Virus record (IMG/VR): IMGVR_UViG_2902699553_000002
Coordinates: 3,496-67,495 of that record
DNA from: a virus
Taxonomy: Duplodnaviria > Caudoviricetes
Length of the DNA: 64,000 bases
Strand: one strand, 5' to 3'
Each line of letters begins with the position of its first letter. Within the stretch, counting starts at the first letter, position 1. Both the position numbers and the translations under genes were made by a program. Shown piece by piece: positions 58,081-64,000 of this stretch. Below the pieces are notes generated by a model. It ran no database searches and was not told the origin of the DNA. It saw only the letters and a list, made by a program, of their open reading frames with translations.

Positions 58081-59325
58081 ATGGCTTCGATCGATCTGAG
58101 TAGCTATGGCGTCATTTATGGCGCCAACCAGGCCAACGTCTCGAATAATGACGGCGCCCTTGCCGCGTGCGCGATGTGGTTCGCGGCGCAAGTCGCAGCA
58201 GGCAACCCGTTGCCGAAACTGACTTCACACGAGGGCATTGTCTGCTACAGTCAGAGCCCGAATTGGGCCATCCCGGGCCTGTTTTTCGAGGCGGTCGGCG
58301 ATGTGCATCTGCGCTATTTCGGCACCGGGGATGCCGTCACAATCGACGGGGGCGCTACATCACCGCAAAAGACCTCCAACGTGAATTTCGGGGGTGCCGG
58401 AAACTTCATTCTGGAAGCACCGGGCACAGCGCAGAACGCCTGCTATGCCCGTGCGCTACTGCGTAGCTCGATCAACATTCGCGTCTACGGAGCGGGCGCG
58501 CAGAGCGCCGGACTGCTGACTTCATGGTTGGTGGATTGCGATATCAATGCCGTCGTCACGCCGGATGAGACCGGCGGCTGGTATATGAACGCGCAGCCCT
58601 TGGCTGGCGTATCCCTGGGTGCCCGCAAGTCGAATGAGCAAACGTCGTATTGCCGGATCAAGGCATCGGTCGATGGCTGCACGATTGGCGCATATCTGTC
58701 CGGCACTCTCGGAAACCACTTCGAAGGCGGCTATATAGAAGGGTGTAGCGGCTACGGTATGCAACTTTTAAGCGGTGCGCTCAACGACAAGGTTCGAGAC
58801 ATGGACTTTGAGACGAACGGCACCGATATCACGTGCGATGGTCAGTACACCACGCTCGAAGATATCGACACCTCATCCCACGTTGTTTTCACGAGCAACT
58901 CTGTTGCCAGCCGTCTTGTCGGCGGCAACCATGATGCAGTTACAGTTAATCTGGGTGCGAAAGGAATCGCGGTTGATCGCATCCGATATGGCCGGGCCCT
59001 GTCTGGAAACGGCATCACCAATCTCGATCCCTCAAGCGATATTGGGGTGAATTACAACTGCCTGACGAAAAAGTGGAGCGACCAGTGTTTGCCGACTAAC
59101 GCCATCTCGGTCGGCGCGAGCCCGTTCATCTATACCTCGGCGCTGCCCCGCGGCGAAACGCTCCTAGTGACGACGCCCGCATCTCTGACGGGCATCGTGC
59201 TCTATCGGAACGGCGCCGCAGTTGAAAACTTCCCGCCAACACAGCCCATGTTTCTGTCCTATGGCGATACTGCGGTATTTTCGTTCACGGGTGGTGCGCC
59301 TACAGTAGTGAGTTTGCCGCGTTGA
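58081..59325 (+). CDS. Beta-helix tailspike/depolymerase-like protein
   Basis: Parallel beta-helix-like repeats (NHFEGGYIEGC, DMDFETN); position after the fibre. Confidence 0.55.
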   Translation: MASIDLSSYGVIYGANQANVSNNDGALAACAMWFAAQVAAGNPLPKLTSHEGIVCYSQSPNWAIPGLFFEAVGDVHLRYFGTGDAVTIDGGATSPQKTSNVNFGGAGNFILEAPGTAQNACYARALLRSSINIRVYGAGAQSAGLLTSWLVDCDINAVVTPDETGGWYMNAQPLAGVSLGARKSNEQTSYCRIKASVDGCTIGAYLSGTLGNHFEGGYIEGCSGYGMQLLSGALNDKVRDMDFETNGTDITCDGQYTTLEDIDTSSHVVFTSNSVASRLVGGNHDAVTVNLGAKGIAVDRIRYGRALSGNGITNLDPSSDIGVNYNCLTKKWSDQCLPTNAISVGASPFIYTSALPRGETLLVTTPASLTGIVLYRNGAAVENFPPTQPMFLSYGDTAVFSFTGGAPTVVSLPR

Positions 59326-60506
59326 TTTTCCGCAATTTGACTGGTACTGGTCGATACGCGCACGCGATGTTTAATCGCAAATATCATCAGCGACTGACAC
59401 GGTTTCTCAATGGCAAACCAAAGCACGGCAGACACCGCGATTGTCGCCAACCAGTAGTACGCGAATTGCGCCTCCATCGTCCAGCCGGTCGGCCACATAA
59501 GCATCGACGGCTTGAGCTGTAAGACGCGCACGATAATCTGGTGAGCGAGATACATCGCGAAGCTGATCTCGCCGAGCTTGACCAGTGGCGAAATCGAGAG
59601 TGCGCGTCCGATGTACCCTTTGCCGCTCGCGATCAGGAAAACGCCAACGGCATAGAACGGCGCTGATCCGCTGACGGAAAGCCACGACCGACTGGCTTCG
59701 CCGATATACCCGGCAGCCCACATTCGCCATGCGAGACCAGGCATCTTTGCCGAACCAATGAGGACCAGAGTGATGCCAAAGATTTCGGCGCCGGTAGACA
59801 TCCACTTGTCATCGAAATGTTTCTTGTATTTCTTCCAGAGATGCCCAGCAACCATGCCAAGCACGAATTCGACCAGATGGGCGGGCGGCCATATATAGAC
59901 CCATGATCCGATCGATGCAACATCCTGTCCGTCGAACGACTTTGCGCCCATGTTGTTTGCGAGACTGATGGCGTATAGCACGAGTACCGCCGCGCCAGCC
60001 AACTTCACGTGCCACGTACGATCGAAGTTCGTGATGAGCACTGGAAATGACACGTAGAAAAAAAGCTCAACCGAGAGTGTCCACGCCACGCTGTTGAAGG
60101 CGAAATATCCGGAAGGAGTCGGGTCCCATGCCTGAAGCAGGGACGCATTTGCGGCCCACATTTCCGTCGATGGGTCATAGGCAATGCCGACACCGACAAC
60201 CAGCAACGCGTAGAAGGCCAGCATCGTGGCAATATGCGCTGGCCAGATCTTGGCAATGCGCTTATAGACGAAGCGGAGCCCTTCGCCAACGCCACTCAGG
60301 TTGCCGTACTGATACGTCAGAATGAAGCCCGATAATACGAAAAAGAACGTTACACCCTGAATCAGGATGTACTTTGCGGCGAATGCTTCCCCGGTATGAA
60401 AATAAGGGATCGAATGCTCAAGGACGATCGCCGCTGCAGCAAAGAAGCGCAGCGACGTCAAAGCGGGTAGTTTTGAGTTGTTCACATCGCCCTCGGACGG
60501 CGTCAA
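59259..60506 (-). CDS. Acyltransferase-3 family O-acetyltransferase (OafA/Oac-like)
   Basis: LTSLRFFAA..V..H, FFVLSGF, RIAKIWP, WTLSVE.FFY, GEISFAMYL.H, IEKP. Confidence 0.9.
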   Translation of the reverse strand: MTPSEGDVNNSKLPALTSLRFFAAAAIVLEHSIPYFHTGEAFAAKYILIQGVTFFFVLSGFILTYQYGNLSGVGEGLRFVYKRIAKIWPAHIATMLAFYALLVVGVGIAYDPSTEMWAANASLLQAWDPTPSGYFAFNSVAWTLSVELFFYVSFPVLITNFDRTWHVKLAGAAVLVLYAISLANNMGAKSFDGQDVASIGSWVYIWPPAHLVEFVLGMVAGHLWKKYKKHFDDKWMSTGAEIFGITLVLIGSAKMPGLAWRMWAAGYIGEASRSWLSVSGSAPFYAVGVFLIASGKGYIGRALSISPLVKLGEISFAMYLAHQIIVRVLQLKPSMLMWPTGWTMEAQFAYYWLATIAVSAVLWFAIEKPCQSLMIFAIKHRVRVSTSTSQIAENQRGKLTTVGAPPVNENTAVSP

Positions 60507-60559
60507 ATTGTTGTGAAGCGGATATTACATCAGACGGGAAGATCCAGTAAGGAACGGGA

Positions 60560-61360
60560 TCATTCCCCGATAACGGCCTCGACGAGAGGTGCAATGACCG
60601 TCAGTTCCTGTTTTGCTTTCAGCGCGTCAAGATATGCGTCCGGAATCAGGCAGTTGAGCATGTGTGTTTGCCAGTCCGGAATTGATTGCACGTACGCGTA
60701 TTGCGCGATAACCGGTACGTTGTACTGTTTGGCGACCGCATCCATCGCGGACACGTAGATCGGCAATCGCGGATGGTCAGTGTCGCACGTAGGCGCCGCC
60801 TCTTCAAGGACTGGCCGAATCCCGCTGGCGCGCGCATCCTGAATCCACTGGCCAAGATAGGCCGCGTACTGGTCGACCGTTTCGCCGCCCAGGTTGTCGT
60901 TTAGTGTATGCGCCTGAATTGCGATCCTGGCGCCCGATTGAATCATGCGAGCGGGCTCAGCCTGCCCGCCACCGTCCATCCCGTCCAATTCGTTTTGCAG
61001 GCTGCTGGCGGTGCCGCCAGTTGCCCCGCTCCGCACAGTCACGCCCAGGTCGTTGAACTGCGCTTGCAATAGCGTCTGAAGTACGGCTGGCTCATTGGGC
61101 GCGACCATAGAGACCATGCCGTAAGCGTTGGGAGCATCGCCCATCATCTGGTCGTCGCCATAAACCACGACTGCGACGATGGGCGTCGATGCTGGCACCG
61201 AAGCCGCAACTGGCGCACTGGCCTCAACTGCCTGCGAAGCCGCTGGAGCAATAGCGGGAATGGCTTTGACTGCCGGCGCGGGATTTTGTGATCCGCCACC
61301 GCAAGCAGAGAGTGCGCAAGCGGTGAGGGCAGCTATTGCTCCTGCTCGCCACCTTGCACC
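60560..61360 (-). CDS. SGNH/GDSL-like lipoprotein (start codon unresolved)
   Basis: Lipobox LSAC-GGG, Pro/Ala linker, YGDD / LND blocks; catalytic Ser and His look degenerate. Confidence 0.6.
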   Translation of the reverse strand, partial: GARWRAGAIAALTACALSACGGGSQNPAPAVKAIPAIAPAASQAVEASAPVAASVPASTPIVAVVVYGDDQMMGDAPNAYGMVSMVAPNEPAVLQTLLQAQFNDLGVTVRSGATGGTASSLQNELDGMDGGGQAEPARMIQSGARIAIQAHTLNDNLGGETVDQYAAYLGQWIQDARASGIRPVLEEAAPTCDTDHPRLPIYVSAMDAVAKQYNVPVIAQYAYVQSIPDWQTHMLNCLIPDAYLDALKAKQELTVIAPLVEAVIGE

Positions 61361-61632
61361 GGGGAATCGGATTCCGCGTCCAGGTCGATAGTCGCGCCGA
61401 TCTCGCGCATTTTCTCGAGAACGAGTTCGATCTCCGATGCGGGAAGAATGACTAGGGCCGCGCCCATGAAAAGGTTCGCCGGCGGGATGCCTTGCGGCTT
61501 GTTCTCGTCCGCGTAGTCGCGCCAACGCCGACTGGTTTTCATACCGAGTATCTGGGCCATTCTTGCGCCGGAATACCCGAGCGAGGCCTTCCATTGCTTG
61601 AGCTGGGCCACCGTAGGCGGGCGAAAGAGCAT
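61333..61632 (-). CDS. Small HTH regulator
   Basis: PPTVAQL..K..LGYSG..MA..LG....WR.Y. Confidence 0.65.
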   Translation of the reverse strand: MLFRPPTVAQLKQWKASLGYSGARMAQILGMKTSRRWRDYADENKPQGIPPANLFMGAALVILPASEIELVLEKMREIGATIDLDAESDSPVQGGEQEQ

Positions 61633-61822
61633 GTTGGGTTGATCCAGTGCGCGTGAACGCGCGAAAGCGGTATCGCATGATGGGTTCCTTTCGGATGGCG
61701 GCCGCGCGAGTGCGCTTCCTATGAACAACATGCTAGGCGGAATCCGCCTAGGCGTCAAGCACCAAATAAAGATTCGACCAACAGCCGCCTGCAGGGCGGC
61801 TTTTTCATTTCTCCGGGGCCCC

Positions 61823-62161
61823 ATGGACGCCAAAGACATGATCGACATGCCTGAAGTCGAATTTCGCCGCAGCGTTGTCGAGCGCTTCAATGCGCAGGAC
61901 GCAGCAATCAAGGAGAACACGACGCTGACAAAGACGGTCGCAGAAGACACCGCGTTTATCCGCGCGATCCTGAGTGATGTAGCTGCGGGTGCGCGAATGC
62001 TGTGCCGGCTCGCTGCGGCGTGGAAATTCATGTTGCGTCAAGTGTTCATCCCGGTGGTGCTACCGCTGGCCGGACTGTGGACGCTGATCCGCATCGTGCA
62101 TCACGAATCGATCCCCGATTGGGCCAGTGCGGCCGTAAAGCTGATCGTGACGTGGCTATGA
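61823..62161 (+). CDS. Holin-like membrane protein
   Basis: Coiled-coil plus TM segment; ATGA-coupled to the endolysin. Confidence 0.5.
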   Translation: MDAKDMIDMPEVEFRRSVVERFNAQDAAIKENTTLTKTVAEDTAFIRAILSDVAAGARMLCRLAAAWKFMLRQVFIPVVLPLAGLWTLIRIVHHESIPDWASAAVKLIVTWL

Positions 62162-62631
62162 CTCCCGCCAATCTAGCCCTGCTCATCGCCGAGTTGCGGC
62201 GCGATGAGGGCGTGCGTTATGTGCCGTATCTCGACACAGCCACGCCACCCAATGAAACGGTGGGCGTCGGATTCAACCTGAATGCGCATCCATTGCCCGT
62301 CGGCTGGACATACCCGCTCTCCGATGCGCAGGTCGATCAACTTCTCACGCAGACCTTGCAAGAGACGTTCGCCGGCCTGAACGCGTCACTGCCGTGGTGG
62401 GTCTCGCTCGACGTCGTTCGCCAACGGTGCGTTGCGAATGTTGCGTTCAACATCGGCGTTGCTGGGCTGCTCGGATTTCACAACGCCCTCTTTGCCCTAC
62501 AGCGCGGGTCGTATGCCGTTGCGGCAGCCGGATTTAAAGCCTCTGCATGGTATGGGCAGGTCGGCGCCCGTGCACAGCGCATCTGCTATGCGATCGAGTA
62601 TGGACAGATGCCCGACGAACCAGTCGCCTGA
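62158..62631 (+). CDS. Endolysin, T4-lysozyme-like (GH24)
   Basis: DEGVRYVPYLDT..TVGVG, FNIG, S.WY.QVG.RA.R. Confidence 0.88.
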   Translation: MTPANLALLIAELRRDEGVRYVPYLDTATPPNETVGVGFNLNAHPLPVGWTYPLSDAQVDQLLTQTLQETFAGLNASLPWWVSLDVVRQRCVANVAFNIGVAGLLGFHNALFALQRGSYAVAAAGFKASAWYGQVGARAQRICYAIEYGQMPDEPVA

Positions 62632-62718
62632 TCCCGAATCCCCTCACCTATACCTCGCCATTCAATCGCGAGGTATAAACCGCCGCCTCCGGGCGGCTTT
62701 TGCGTTTACGGCCACCAC

Positions 62719-63198
62719 ATGACTGTCGAACAAATCCACGAAGAGAAAGAAACGCTGTCGGTCGAAGTGAACATTCCCGGCCATGACCCGCGCACCACGA
62801 CCGCACTATTCACGCGCACTCGCAAAGAGCTGATCGCGCGCGACGGCCGCTGCTTCATCTGCAATGCCACAGCCGAGGAATCTGGCCATCCGCTCGAAGC
62901 CCACCACCACCCCATCGAGCGCTCGCTCGCAGAACTCATCGACTGGGACCGATTCAAGGCAGATGCGCGGGCCGGCGTCTGGGGAGAAAAGGTACGCGCA
63001 TTCGACTGGGACAACTTCACCGACTGGACGCAGTTCGTTGACGACATGACTGTGAACGGCATGTTGCTCTGCAAGGCCCATCACATCGGGAAAGACGAAG
63101 GACTGCACACGATGCCCTTCCCCCTATGGGTAGCGCAGAAGTACGCCAAGGAGGGCTATCAATTCTCCGCAATCGAAGTCATCCACCACCAGCAATAG
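62719..63198 (+). CDS. HNH-like protein
   Basis: CFIC..LEAHH..LLCKAHH..G.H. Confidence 0.65.
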   Translation: MTVEQIHEEKETLSVEVNIPGHDPRTTTALFTRTRKELIARDGRCFICNATAEESGHPLEAHHHPIERSLAELIDWDRFKADARAGVWGEKVRAFDWDNFTDWTQFVDDMTVNGMLLCKAHHIGKDEGLHTMPFPLWVAQKYAKEGYQFSAIEVIHHQQ

Positions 63199-63206
63199 GA
63201 GCATCC

Positions 63207-63404
63207 ATGAGTGATCTCATCAAGCCCGTCTCGGTCGGCCTGCTGTTCGTGTTTCTGGCCGTCTGCGACTTCCTGCACATCAACGATCCAATGCTGCGCG
63301 ATGCCGCGTTTGGAATGATCGGCATCATTACCGGATGGCACGGTGTGCTCTCGCTGCCGATCAGCCTCGGCAAGCCTGCAGCACCCGCAACACCGGCATC
63401 GTGA
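63207..63404 (+). CDS. Small two-TM membrane protein (possible holin)
   Basis: AGGAG SD; two hydrophobic segments. Confidence 0.5.
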   Translation: MSDLIKPVSVGLLFVFLAVCDFLHINDPMLRDAAFGMIGIITGWHGVLSLPISLGKPAAPATPAS

Positions 63405-63640
63405 TCCGCTGCCGCTTCGTTGTTGCATTGCTGTGCTGGATGGCGCTGATGATTGTCCTGAGTTTTATGTTTGTTGGCTGCGTTCAGGTCGTCGTGCTTC
63501 CGGTAGTCAATCCGACGACCTACGACGCTTCGTGCTGCGTGGCCTACGTCGAACTCAACCGCTCCACCACCGGCAGTCTCGAGATGCAGAAGACCGCCAA
63601 AACCTGGTCGATCAGCACCAAGCTTCACTTCCAGTTTTAA
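63401..63640 (+). CDS. Small membrane/lipoprotein
   Basis: Hydrophobic N-terminus, FVGC; GTGA overlap. Confidence 0.4.
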   Translation: MIRCRFVVALLCWMALMIVLSFMFVGCVQVVVLPVVNPTTYDASCCVAYVELNRSTTGSLEMQKTAKTWSISTKLHFQF

Positions 63641-63679
63641 TCCCCCGCCGCGCCCGCGGCACCCTCTGAAGGAATCACC

Positions 63680-64000
63680 ATGTTCAAGAAACTATGCCTC
63701 GCGGCAGCTCTTGTCGCGTCTATTGCCGGCTGTACCGCTGCACAAATCCAGACTGCCGGCGCAAACGTCGCGGCAGTCAATGGCGCTGCTGCTGGCGCAC
63801 TGCAGACCGTCGCGACCTCGATCGTCGCCGCGTGTCCGGCTGGCGAAGCGTTTGCAAGCGCTGCCGCTGCGGCTACCGCACTGCCTGACGTCGCACTCGC
63901 AGAAGATGCGAATGGCCTGTTCTGCGCATTGAACAAGGCGATCGTCGCGACTGCGCCGGCTAGCGCTCCGGTTGCTGCTTCGGCACCTGCGAGCAAGTAA
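63680..64000 (+). CDS. Lipoprotein in the lysis region
   Basis: MFKKLCLAAALVASIAGC lipobox; AAGGA SD. Confidence 0.7.
   Translation: MFKKLCLAAALVASIAGCTAAQIQTAGANVAAVNGAAAGALQTVATSIVAACPAGEAFASAAAAATALPDVALAEDANGLFCALNKAIVATAPASAPVAASAPASK

Noticed and set aside
56384-59325. Diversity-generating retroelement or invertible fibre cassette
   Set aside because: No reverse transcriptase, invertase or template/variable repeat pair seen

Overview
The window is almost entirely one temperate, contractile-tailed (myovirus-type) prophage or phage genome with lambdoid regulatory organisation. GC-rich style and gene families suggest a Betaproteobacterial (Burkholderia/Paraburkholderia-like) host; this is inference. 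Order: a tRNA 3'-end att core at 63-83; a minus-strand early-left arm (excisionase-like genes, RtcB RNA ligase, beta-clamp-like protein, exonuclease/SSB/Sak4 module, an acyl carrier protein, many small ORFs, long structured non-coding tracts); an immunity region (pL and operators, a retropepsin two-gene cassette in the lambda rex position, cI, cro, CII-like genes); replication (O with iterons, DnaB); a nin region (two DNA methyltransferases, PAPS-reductase-like, NinB, NinG, Q); packaging and head genes; contractile tail, baseplate and fibre genes; surface-modification morons; lysis genes. No integrase is visible in the window. Best leads: (1) an HNH endonuclease inserted into the portal 5' end with a synonymously recoded replacement N-terminus; (2) a retropepsin plus small-partner cassette between cI and oL; (3) long-stem RNA modules and a four-copy hairpin motif in the pL transcript of a phage that also encodes RtcB; (4) a fully dual-coded, two-frame C5 methyltransferase; (5) a 45-bp in-frame solo IS200/IS605 hairpin remnant. 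All family names come from motif recognition by eye, not from database searches.
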